From: an uncultured Verrucomicrobiae bacterium
GTDB taxonomy: Bacteria > Verrucomicrobiota > Verrucomicrobiia > Chthoniobacterales > JAFAMB01
Reading direction: 5' to 3'
Assembly (NCBI GenBank): GCA_963762565.1
Contig: CAVXLD010000007.1
Span: 64,001 to 128,000, forward strand
Length of the DNA stretch: 64,000 nucleotides
Part shown: positions 30,602-39,701 of the stretch, one piece after another
Layout: each line of letters begins with the position of its first letter
Numbering within the stretch: position 1 is the first letter of the stretch
Translations under genes and position numbers: made by a program
The notes under the pieces: model-generated
The model's database searches: none
What the model was told of the DNA's origin: nothing
The model's input: only the letters and a program-made list of their open reading frames with translations

Positions 30602-30896
30602 CTAGTGTCCTGTCCCATAAATAACGTGGCTTTCGTTGCGATGAAAATGGGCCGCCGGCAAGCCGGTCCGAGCCGGACTGGCGGTAGGAGGGCGCATATC
30701 TAGATTGATACGTAACCGACGAGCAACGCAGCCGCCGGCCCATTTTCATCGCAACCCTCCGGGCCGTGGCCAGTTGGCTGTTTTTCCGCGTTGCTCGCTC
30801 GACCCGTATGAACCAGATATGGGCGCTTCGCTCGCGCCTTGAAAAACAGCCAACTGACCGACGGCGAAAGCCATGTTACTTATGGGACAGGACACT
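30602..30896. mobile_element. MITE (~295 bp) in the arsC/sigZ divergent region
   Basis: 32-bp TIR agtgtcctgtcccataa(a/g)taac(g/a)tggctttcg (30/32), CTAG at the left end, two internal hairpin pairs. Confidence 0.85.
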
Positions 30897-30901
30897 GAAA
30901 G

Positions 30902-31486
30902 ATGATTCAGTCACAGATCGGCCTTGAAGAAACCGCGGCGCAACTGCGTCGGGAGATATTTGCTTATATTCGCGGTAAGGTTGGCGACTCGTCGACGGCA
31001 GACGACTTGACCCAAGAGACTTTCCTCAGGGTGGAGAAAGCGCTTGCCAGAGGAACTGAACCCGAACATTTTCGTGGCTGGATTTTTCAGATCGCAAGAA
31101 ATTCGGTTGTGGATTGGGTCAACGCAAGGCGGCGCTTTGTCGCTTTAGAGGGGGAAGAGCGAACAGTTGAGAGCCTAGGCCGGGACACGGTCGATCGGAC
31201 CGATACCGAGTTTCGCCAAGGACTCTTTGCTTACGCTACAAAAGTTATCGAAGAGATGCCTCCTGAAGATCGCGAGGCGTTGACCCTAACAGAACTGGAA
31301 GGACTTAGCCGCGAAGAGTTGGCGGACCAGCTTGGGATTTCGATTTCGGCCGCAAAATCCAGAGTGGTTCGGGCGCGGGCCAAGCTGAGGAAAGCGGTCG
31401 AGGATTGCTGCCGCCTGACTATTGATCCTTATGGCAAGGTGATCGGTTGGCAAAGGAGGGCGGAGTGCTGTCGAGGAAGGAGCTAG
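30902..31486 (+). CDS. ECF sigma factor, SigZ-like
   Basis: ADDLTQETFL, WIFQIARN, REALTLTELEGLS..ELA..LGISISAAKSRV.RAR, C-terminal DCC..IDPYG. Confidence 0.85.
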   Translation: MIQSQIGLEETAAQLRREIFAYIRGKVGDSSTADDLTQETFLRVEKALARGTEPEHFRGWIFQIARNSVVDWVNARRRFVALEGEERTVESLGRDTVDRTDTEFRQGLFAYATKVIEEMPPEDREALTLTELEGLSREELADQLGISISAAKSRVVRARAKLRKAVEDCCRLTIDPYGKVIGWQRRAECCRGRS

Positions 31487-31537
31487 GAGCTAGAATCTAG
31501 GAGCTAGGAGCGGGGATGCCGAGGGGTCGCCACCCGT

Positions 31538-31717
31538 GGAGCGCTGCCTCGCTTGCGAGGCCGTGGTGAGCAAGGGCGAAGGTCGGGCAAATGTATTGTC
31601 TGTCAGCGCTCTTAGGTACGGCGAGGCGGGCGCAACGACATAGAGCATCGGCGGGCACGGTTAATATGCGTCGCGATTCTCCTTGCTCACCACGGCCTCG
31701 CAAGCGAGGCAGCGCTC
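31538..31717. repeat. REP/REPIN-like family B (~180 bp); other copies at 43186-43366, 58276-58456, 60628-60841
   Basis: GGAGCGC..CCTCGCTTGCGAGGCCG ... CGGCCTCGCAAGCGAGGC..CGCTCC inverted ends. Confidence 0.85.
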
Positions 31718-31769
31718 CCGGGTGGCCCCGTTCACGGCGTTGTCGGCGTTCGCGGCGTTGCCGGCGTTA

Positions 31770-32324
31770 CTAATTATGCAGGGGAGTGAGGATGGGTTCG
31801 CTGATGCTGAGAAGGCTGAACTCGGCTTCGAAACCTTGGCGTTCGGGCGAACAACACATGAGACCAACTTGCGTGTGAGCGGACTCTGGGAAGTAGGCGA
31901 GCCGGAGCATCTGGAATGCACTTCCATCGGTGGAATATTGAATCCGAATCGCGGCGCCGAGCTTGGTTAACCGAAACCATACCGGTCCGGCTGAGGACGC
32001 AGGCAGAACGGACCAATCGGAGAACTCGCGAGTCACTACGGCGGAGAAATGAGGTGATCCGTCGGTGTATTCGACCCCGGCTTTGATCCAATTCGCTGGG
32101 TCAAGCCGAATCATGACACCTGCCTGATCATACAGCGCTTCGTATTTCCCTTCGACCTTTACCTGGATCGTAAAGTCACCCGTCTTTTCCTCGTAATAGA
32201 AATGGCCGTTATCACGAATAAAACCGTAGTGGGTAATGCGCCAGAAATCAGTTTTTGACCCGGTGACAACGCGTAACCGGTCATTGTTTGCTTCCCAGGT
32301 GGTAGGTTCATTGAGCCAGAGCAT
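31770..32324 (-). CDS. DUF1349 (ConA-like) protein
   Basis: WLNEP, TDFWRITHYGFIRDNGH, LYDQAG, WIKAGVE, DWS, CCSPER. Confidence 0.9.
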   Translation of the reverse strand: MLWLNEPTTWEANNDRLRVVTGSKTDFWRITHYGFIRDNGHFYYEEKTGDFTIQVKVEGKYEALYDQAGVMIRLDPANWIKAGVEYTDGSPHFSAVVTREFSDWSVLPASSAGPVWFRLTKLGAAIRIQYSTDGSAFQMLRLAYFPESAHTQVGLMCCSPERQGFEAEFSLLSISEPILTPLHN

Positions 32325-32478
32325 AGTTCAGGAGTTCAGGAGGGTCGCACGAACCACGAAATTGCAAGGATAAAACTCCTCTTTCCGAGAATCTTGGAGC
32401 AACCCAATCGCATCGATAGCAGGCTCCTGAATTCCTGAACTCCTTGAACTCCTGAACTCCTTTCTGCAATGTGGCCCG

Positions 32479-33141
32479 GTGAATCGTATTCTTTGCTTCT
32501 TGCTCGTTGTAATCGGCGTTTGGCCTGCGGTCGCGGATGACGGCCAGCAGATCGCGTCCTTAGTCAAAGAAACTCAGAAAGTTGTGACGGATTCCGGCAC
32601 GCTGGCGGTGGCCTTATGGATCCCGATCGAAATGTTTCAAGATGTGCTGAAGACTTACCCTAAGGTAACCGATGACGCGAAGAAGGATCTGTTGAAAACA
32701 GCGCAAGATTATGTCTTGATCGCTGTGGTCGACGCCAAGAAAGGGCAATCGGGTCTTTCGTTCACTCCTGCCGCCGATATTCTAAAGAGCGCGAAATTGA
32801 CGGGACCGGATGGACAAACGGTTACACCGCTGGCAGACGCGAACCTGAACCCGGCCGCGCAAAATTTGGTCGGCGTGGTGAAGCCTCTGTTTGCCGGCAT
32901 GATGGGACGGCTTGGCCAGAACTTTCAGTTGCTAGTATTTCCTAGCGCAGACAGTGCCGGGAAAAAAATGGCGGATCCAAACAGTGAAGGGCGCGTGACG
33001 CTGGCTGAAAACGAACACAGCTTCTCTTGGCGGCTACCTTTGGCAAGTTTACTCCCGGAAAAAATCTGTCCGAAATGCGGGGAACATCTGCCGGGTAATT
33101 ATAAGTACTGTCCTTACGACGGAACTAAGCTCTCGGATTAG
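32479..33141 (+). CDS. Secreted hypothetical protein with a C-terminal zinc ribbon
   Basis: Signal peptide; CPKC...YCPYDG. Confidence 0.75.
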   Translation: MNRILCFLLVVIGVWPAVADDGQQIASLVKETQKVVTDSGTLAVALWIPIEMFQDVLKTYPKVTDDAKKDLLKTAQDYVLIAVVDAKKGQSGLSFTPAADILKSAKLTGPDGQTVTPLADANLNPAAQNLVGVVKPLFAGMMGRLGQNFQLLVFPSADSAGKKMADPNSEGRVTLAENEHSFSWRLPLASLLPEKICPKCGEHLPGNYKYCPYDGTKLSD

Positions 33142-33395
33142 AGATAGCCGCAAAAACCTGTCGCGCCGTAGGACGTTCGGCGAGTTCAGTCGAGTCGCTT
33201 GGCGAAGGCGGAAGGCACAAAAGGCGCAAAAGAAAGAGGGGCGAAGGCTGGCCCATGGTTGGGGAGGGCGCGCGTCCCCGCGCGCTGCGTACCGGTCTAT
33301 AATCTGGATATAGTGTGGCGCGCGATCGGGTTTGTCGTGGGCTTGTCGAACAACGGATCGCGAGGACGCGATCCCTCCCCGGGCATCGCACTCCA

Positions 33396-36194
33396 TTATT
33401 TTCTCACTAGCTCTGAGCGATTTACGATCGGGATCGGCTTGAGCTGGGATACAACTTTCTGAAACCGCGGGTCGCTTCGTAACTGGTCCCAGTCCGCCAT
33501 GGTCAGGTCGCCATAGGTAAGAGCGCGTGGCACCTGCTCTAATGACTCGAGTTGTTCGATGGCTAACTCGGGTTCACCGGCCCAAACATAGAGCTCGGCC
33601 AGGTCGAGTGCTAACTGAGGTCCATCAACGGCATCTTTCGAAATCGGCCGCATCGCGACTGCCCGCCGCCCTTCACTAAGCGCGTTTTCCTTGTCCCCGA
33701 GCGCGGCATCGTTCCAAGCCAACAACATCAAAGGGTTCGGATCATCTGGCCATTGTTGGACATAGGCGAGTTGCAGTAGACGCGACTTCTCGAAAGCGGC
33801 GCTAGCCAAGGCTTCATCACCTTCAGACTTCTTGATCCAGCCGAGCACAAAATCCCGGCAGGCGAACTTCTTGGTGTCTGCTTCAAAAGCCGGGTGGGGA
33901 TCTGCCGCTAGGACCTTCTCGGCAGCGGCAAAATTCCGGTCCGTCACGGCACAGTTTATTTTGATAAGAGTGTCAATGCCAACGCCGCGGAGCGGTCCAG
34001 CCGGTTCGTCAAATAGGGCATGAAAGGCCGAGGTGTCACCCTTTTCTTGCCAGGTCAGCAGCGCCTTCTTGAACTCAATGGATTGAGCGTTTGCTCCAAA
34101 TCTAGCGGCGTCGGACAACGAGCGACGAACCAGGTCGTACTGTCGATGGAAATCGTAAATGCCGTTGAGCGCGAGAATCAGATTCGCGTTTTTCGGATCG
34201 AGGGCGGATGCACGCCCATAATCCTGTACCGCCTCCCGCCATTCTCCTTGGTGGGAAGCGGTATCTGCTAACAGGCCAAAGAGGTAAGCTGAATTCGGCA
34301 ACGTGCGCCGAGCGACATCGAGTTCCCGGCGAATCGCGGGATAGTCGCTAGTGGTAACCAAGAGATGATGAGCTTGTTCTAAATGCACTTCACCAAGATC
34401 TGGGCGCAGGCGGAGAGCGGTCCGCAGAGCGGTTTCAGCGGCGGTACGCCTGGATTCGGTGTGGTCCGTATTATGGGAATACAGATAGTCGTGTGCCCTC
34501 GCGAGTGTGCACCAGGCCAAGGCAAAGCTCGGGTCCCGATGCACCGCTTCCTCCAAAAGGCGAACAGCGCTATACAGTGATTCGGTACTCTGCGTGTCAT
34601 GGTCATAATTCTCCACCAACTCTTTGGCATGTAGGTAGAGTTCATAGGCGGCGAGATCCCGGGTTGGTATCTCGCCGATAGAGCTTTTTTCGGCGGTCGA
34701 AAGTTTAGCGCGCAGCTCTTGAGAAATGGCTTCGGCTAGTTCTGCCTGGATTGCGAAAACGTCCGTTAAATCACCATCATAACGTTCCGCCCACAGCTCA
34801 CGCCCAGTCTTAGCTTCTTCGAGCTGGGCCGTTAATCGAATCCGTTCACCTTCACGTTGGATGCTGCCGTTGAGAAGGTAACGGACATGTAGCGCCTGCC
34901 CGATTTCTTGAGGTGTAGGCCGGTTCGCAGCATCTCTATAGGCCTGGACACTGCTGCGGCTGATCACTTGTAGATCGGCAATCTTCGCCAGGTTGGTGAG
35001 AATATCATCCTGGACGCCGTCGGCAAAATAAGAGTCGTCCCGGACCGGACTTAGGTTGTCGAACGGTAGTACGGCGATGGATTTAGCGGAATTATTATCT
35101 GTAAATATCCCATGCTGAAACCAAAACAGTGATGCCGCTACGAGTAGCCCTAACCCGCTAGCGACGACCCAATAAATCTTGGGGCTGACCCGTCTTCCGG
35201 TTCCTTGTTGGGCTCTCGTGATCGCTTCGAGCAGAGCTTGTCCGTTTTGCGGTCGATCCTCGGGAGAAGCACTCAATAGTGAAAGCACCAATTTCTGTAT
35301 CGCCGCGGGGATGTGCGCACGCTTAAGCCGGGCGATCAACCGTCGCCGATCGTTCATCTGTCTGGGCAATTCCGGAATCTGATCGGCTTTGAAAGGTGGT
35401 GTACCAGTGAGCAAATAAAAAAGGGTGCTTCCTAAAGAGAAATAATCCGAACGTTGGTCGATCTCTTGACCGGAAAATTGTTCGGGGCTGGCAAAAGCCG
35501 GGGTCCCAACAAAACCACTATTCGTAATTTGGTCGGGCGGGTCCTGGCTACCCACGATTTTGGCCAGGCCGAAATCGATCACTTTAACATTGATGCCCGA
35601 TCCATTGAGCAACATCAGGTTCGCCGGTTTTAGATCGCGATGCACGAGACCCTGTTTTTCGGCTGCCATTAATGCGCCCGCGATCTGAGCTATTATCTCT
35701 AAGGCATCTGCTACCGGCAGAGGGCCGCTGCGCCGGACTCGCTCGGCCAGCGTCTCTCCTTCCACTAGCTCCATGGCGTAATAACACTGGCCGTCACTGG
35801 CGACCCCGTAGTAGAGAACGTTCACTACATGCGGATGTCGCAACCGAGCGGCAGCCCGCGCTTCGCGCAGAAAACGTTCCCAATTGATCTCTTGGCCGGC
35901 TACCTTGAAATCGATGACTTTCAGCGCGACCGGCAGCTGGAGATTTGTGTCGATGGCTCTATAGGTCACCCCCATTGAACCGCGGCCCAGTTCGATAAAA
36001 GTGCCATCGGAATGCGTGGAGATTTCATACGGTTCGAACCTGCTAATCTGGTCCGCTTCCGGTAATTGGTCCGGTTCAAGTGCCGGATTCAATAGACAGG
36101 GCAAACAATAGCCATGATAAGAGCGATTAAGGTCGATTACTCCGTGACACCGCCGGCATCTGGTCTGATCAGGGATGGCGGCGAGGGCACTCAT
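33396..36194 (-). CDS. Membrane Ser/Thr protein kinase with TolB-like and TPR extracytoplasmic domains
   Basis: N-terminal CxxC..CxxC, LGRGSMG, VALK, HRDLKPAN, DFGLAK, TM, KSIAVLPFDNLS. Confidence 0.93.
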   Translation of the reverse strand: MSALAAIPDQTRCRRCHGVIDLNRSYHGYCLPCLLNPALEPDQLPEADQISRFEPYEISTHSDGTFIELGRGSMGVTYRAIDTNLQLPVALKVIDFKVAGQEINWERFLREARAAARLRHPHVVNVLYYGVASDGQCYYAMELVEGETLAERVRRSGPLPVADALEIIAQIAGALMAAEKQGLVHRDLKPANLMLLNGSGINVKVIDFGLAKIVGSQDPPDQITNSGFVGTPAFASPEQFSGQEIDQRSDYFSLGSTLFYLLTGTPPFKADQIPELPRQMNDRRRLIARLKRAHIPAAIQKLVLSLLSASPEDRPQNGQALLEAITRAQQGTGRRVSPKIYWVVASGLGLLVAASLFWFQHGIFTDNNSAKSIAVLPFDNLSPVRDDSYFADGVQDDILTNLAKIADLQVISRSSVQAYRDAANRPTPQEIGQALHVRYLLNGSIQREGERIRLTAQLEEAKTGRELWAERYDGDLTDVFAIQAELAEAISQELRAKLSTAEKSSIGEIPTRDLAAYELYLHAKELVENYDHDTQSTESLYSAVRLLEEAVHRDPSFALAWCTLARAHDYLYSHNTDHTESRRTAAETALRTALRLRPDLGEVHLEQAHHLLVTTSDYPAIRRELDVARRTLPNSAYLFGLLADTASHQGEWREAVQDYGRASALDPKNANLILALNGIYDFHRQYDLVRRSLSDAARFGANAQSIEFKKALLTWQEKGDTSAFHALFDEPAGPLRGVGIDTLIKINCAVTDRNFAAAEKVLAADPHPAFEADTKKFACRDFVLGWIKKSEGDEALASAAFEKSRLLQLAYVQQWPDDPNPLMLLAWNDAALGDKENALSEGRRAVAMRPISKDAVDGPQLALDLAELYVWAGEPELAIEQLESLEQVPRALTYGDLTMADWDQLRSDPRFQKVVSQLKPIPIVNRSELVRK

Positions 36195-36628
36195 GGAAGA
36201 GTGAGAGGTGAAAAGCGAAAGGTGATAGGTGGAGCGCTTCCTCGCTCGCAAAGCCGGCGGGCGCGGGTAGCGGCAGTTGGAGGAATGGAGTAGGGGAGTG
36301 CTGGAGAAATGGAGTAGTGGGGTTGTGCAGCGATGCTGCACGGCGAAACGAAATGGACTGAACGGGGCACAATCATGGCCAGGAAATCCCTTATCTCCAC
36401 CAAACGGCGAACCGAGGACGCACCTCGTCCTATCGGAAAAGGTGGGCGTTGGCAAGGGGATTGGTTCTCGTGCTCGTGATGAATTCGGCAGATCGCCGGG
36501 AGGGATCGCGTCCTCGCGATCCGCGGTTTTCGAAGTCCACGACAGACCCGATCCAGCGTCAGGCTATGTCCAAAATTATAGACCTGTCCGCGGCGCGCGA
36601 GGACGCGCGCCCTCCCACCTATGGACCC

Positions 36629-37375
36629 CTAACCGCGCGAGCCAACTGAGAGTGAAGCTTGGAGGGCGCGAATCTCGGCGTCGAAATCTGCGGAACTGGC
36701 TACCGTGCGCGCGACTTCGGCCTTCAAAATCTCCCGGTAACGCACTCTTAGCCGATAAATCGCGGCTTTCGTCGCGGCGACAGTAAGACCGGTTCGTTGC
36801 GCCACTTCCAGATAGGAACGTTCCTCACCGCCCAGCAAAAAACCGGATAGCTCGTCGTACAACTCTCCCTTCCCGGCCTGATCCATTTCGAGCTTTATTT
36901 GACCAAGTGTGTTTTCAATCAGCATCATGGCCCATTGGGCATCGAAGATTTGTTCCGCGGTTAGACCAGGGTCAATCAATTGGTAAGCCCCTTCTGCGGC
37001 TTCATCATCGAGAAACACGATCTTGGCCCCGCCTCCACGTTTCTGGGCTCGAGCGCGCTCATCGGTATGGCCGAGGAAAAACTCTAGAGCCCTTAGAAGA
37101 AACGTCCGAAATTTTCCCTGACCGGCCACGGCGCGGTTGAAGCCATCCTTCTCTAAAAGATACACAAAGAAATCGTGGGTTATATCCTGTGCGTCCTGGC
37201 GATTATAGCCTCGCCGGCGAACAAAAGAATAAACCGGATAGCAATAGCTCTGGTATAGGTTCTCAAGTGCGCTCCGGCTTTTTTCGCCTTCACCACCGGC
37301 AGCGCAGACCACGCTCCAATGGGTCGTTTCGAACCGGAGCTGTCCACCTGCGCTTGAGCTTAGCCAGCCAGTCAT
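36629..37375 (-). CDS. Kinase-associated ECF sigma factor
   Basis: FETTHWSVV, YPVYSFVRR, DAQD, GKFRTFLL, RAQKRGGG, YRLRVRY; directly upstream of the kinase. Confidence 0.9.
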   Translation of the reverse strand: MTGWLSSSAGGQLRFETTHWSVVCAAGGEGEKSRSALENLYQSYCYPVYSFVRRRGYNRQDAQDITHDFFVYLLEKDGFNRAVAGQGKFRTFLLRALEFFLGHTDERARAQKRGGGAKIVFLDDEAAEGAYQLIDPGLTAEQIFDAQWAMMLIENTLGQIKLEMDQAGKGELYDELSGFLLGGEERSYLEVAQRTGLTVAATKAAIYRLRVRYREILKAEVARTVASSADFDAEIRALQASLSVGSRG

Positions 37376-37585
37376 GCCGGCGGGAAGATACGTGAGAAGT
37401 GAGAAGTTAGAAGTGAGAAGTGATTGGTGTTCCCGGCGATGACGGCGCTCGCGGCGCTCCCGGCGTTGTGTTGGTGGGGCAAGGGCCTGCCGCGTCGTAG
37501 GCTTGGCGGAGGCGGGCTCCCGAAGAACCACGCAATTAAGCGGGAGCCGCGCAACTTTCGTACGCGTTTCCGTACAATATTGAAT

Positions 37586-39670
37586 ATGGAGGCCTCCGCT
37601 TTTCTCCGATCGCTTCTTGGTTATGCATTTTGTCGCTGGCGCATTCGAACGATTCTGTTTAGTGCAATCGTTGGTGCATCACCGGTTCTGTTCTCCGGGC
37701 CATTGTTGGCAGGGTCAACCGTGCAACTATCGCCGTTGGTTGCAAAATCCACGTTGATCGGTCCGCTTGACGGCAACAGACAGATTAGCGTAGTGCTGGT
37801 ATTACCATTGTCGGATCCTCAGGGGGCGGCGCGGTTTGTCCAGCATCTTTCAACTCCGGGAGATCCGCTTTATCACCGTTACCTCACCCCTGAACAATTC
37901 GCCGAAGGGTTTGGTGGCAATGCATCGGATTATGCTGCCGTGAAGGAATGGGCGGCCGCGAACGGGCTCACCGTATCGCAGGAATCGACTGCTCGGATGA
38001 GTTTAACGGTTCATGGTTCAGTAGCTCAATTTGAGAACATCTTTAGTACGCAGGTCAACACTTACCGTTCGCCGAGTGGTGAAGATTTCTATTCTGCCGC
38101 AATCAAACCGACGGTGCCGAGTACTATAGCGGCGAAGGTTTCGAGTGTTATCGGCCTCACCGGTAGCAAACAATACGCACCACTGGTCAAGATTGGTAAG
38201 ATATTAGGGACGGCCGCTGACCTATCTGGCGAGCGTGCAAGGACGGACGCCGGTCCGGGTGGAACCGGGCCGGGTGGGTCTTACGCACCAGCTGACTTGC
38301 GAGCAGCCTACACCATCCCTCTTTTCGGCAAATTTGATGATAGGACGGTGGTGGGGGTGTTCGAGCAGGGTGGTTTCGATGCTTCGGATGTGACCGAATA
38401 TCTCACCAGATTTAAGCTGCCACAGCCTAAAGTCACAGCAGTCAGCGTGGACGGTTCTCCAACCGGGGTTAGCGATCCAAACGTCGAATTGGAAGCCGTG
38501 CTCGATATCGACATGGTTATTGGGATCAATCCAAGCATCCACGAGGTACGAGTCTACGAAGACTCAACCGATTACTTCCAAGTGGCTCTCCTGGATGCGA
38601 TGACTCAGGCGGCTAACGAAGATAAGGTGCAGATCCTCAGCATCTCGTATGGGCAGGATGAATATCTACAGGGCCAAGACGCCATCAACGCGGAAAACGA
38701 TGCGTTACTGGAACTCGCCAGTGAAGGAATAACCGTATTAGCCAGTTCCGGCGACAATGGCGCCTATGGTGATCTTAGCAATGGCGTTTACAACGTATCG
38801 GACCCTGCCACGCAACCGTATATAACTGCAGTGGGCGGAACCACGCTGCTTACAGGCCCGCACCAAGAGTATCAAAGTGAACACATCTGGAATGATCTGG
38901 TTATCTACCTTGGCGCGGATGGGGGAGGAATTAGTTCAGTCTGGTCGATTCCTTCATGGCAGGTCGGGGCTGAGCCAGCCGTCAACGGAGGATCGGACAC
39001 CATGCGCAACGTGCCGGATATCGCCGCGGTGGGCGATCCGCTGACCGGTGTCGGCATTTATTCCAAGATCAACGGCGGCTGGTTACAAGTTGGAGGCACC
39101 AGCGTTGCCGCGCCAATTTGGGCTTCCTATTTGGGTCTGGTAAACGCAGGAGCCAAATTTGCTGGTCTCGGCCGGCTAGGGTATTTCAACCCCACGCTCT
39201 ATAACATAGGAGCCGCGATCGATGGTGTTCCGGTCCCCTGGGCCTGGTTAAACGACGTTGAAACTGGGTCCAATGGTTCAAATGCGCTGTACACTGGCTA
39301 TCCCGGCTACAGCGCGGGTTACGCCTATGATGACTGTAAAGGTAATGGTTCGCTTTCGGGTTCAGTTTTACCAGCGATTCTGATCAACAATCTAAATGAG
39401 AGTCTTAATGGACTCAACAGTGCGTGGGCGGTACCGACGGATAGGTCCGTTTTAATCCAGTGGGATAAGGCGGTAGGAGCAACTGCCTACTTTGTAACGG
39501 TGGATCATACCGCCGGTGCTAGTGCCGTTGGGGTCGCCAATGTTTATGCCACGAAGACCACCAGCTTAGAAGTAACCGGCCTCATTCCAGACACCGTTTA
39601 CTTTGCGGTCGTGTTTGCAGTTAGTCCGTATGGTTTCCAGTTTAATTACCTCTACTTCACAACCAAGTAG
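37586..39670 (+). CDS. S53 sedolisin/kumamolisin-like peptidase 1 with prodomain and C-terminal FnIII-like domain
   Basis: YLTPEQFA prodomain, EAVLD, SSGDNG, RNVPD, GGTSVAAP. Confidence 0.92.
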   Translation: MEASAFLRSLLGYAFCRWRIRTILFSAIVGASPVLFSGPLLAGSTVQLSPLVAKSTLIGPLDGNRQISVVLVLPLSDPQGAARFVQHLSTPGDPLYHRYLTPEQFAEGFGGNASDYAAVKEWAAANGLTVSQESTARMSLTVHGSVAQFENIFSTQVNTYRSPSGEDFYSAAIKPTVPSTIAAKVSSVIGLTGSKQYAPLVKIGKILGTAADLSGERARTDAGPGGTGPGGSYAPADLRAAYTIPLFGKFDDRTVVGVFEQGGFDASDVTEYLTRFKLPQPKVTAVSVDGSPTGVSDPNVELEAVLDIDMVIGINPSIHEVRVYEDSTDYFQVALLDAMTQAANEDKVQILSISYGQDEYLQGQDAINAENDALLELASEGITVLASSGDNGAYGDLSNGVYNVSDPATQPYITAVGGTTLLTGPHQEYQSEHIWNDLVIYLGADGGGISSVWSIPSWQVGAEPAVNGGSDTMRNVPDIAAVGDPLTGVGIYSKINGGWLQVGGTSVAAPIWASYLGLVNAGAKFAGLGRLGYFNPTLYNIGAAIDGVPVPWAWLNDVETGSNGSNALYTGYPGYSAGYAYDDCKGNGSLSGSVLPAILINNLNESLNGLNSAWAVPTDRSVLIQWDKAVGATAYFVTVDHTAGASAVGVANVYATKTTSLEVTGLIPDTVYFAVVFAVSPYGFQFNYLYFTTK

Positions 39671-39701
39671 TAACAACCTTAACATCCAATCCCGTCCGAG
39701 A

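Noticed and set aside
36195..36455. N-terminal extension of the 1019-aa kinase ORF
   Set aside because: It is translated intergenic repeats (HLSLFTSH, TPLLH). The same applies to the extensions at 37376-37531, 37424-37585 and 42635-42802.
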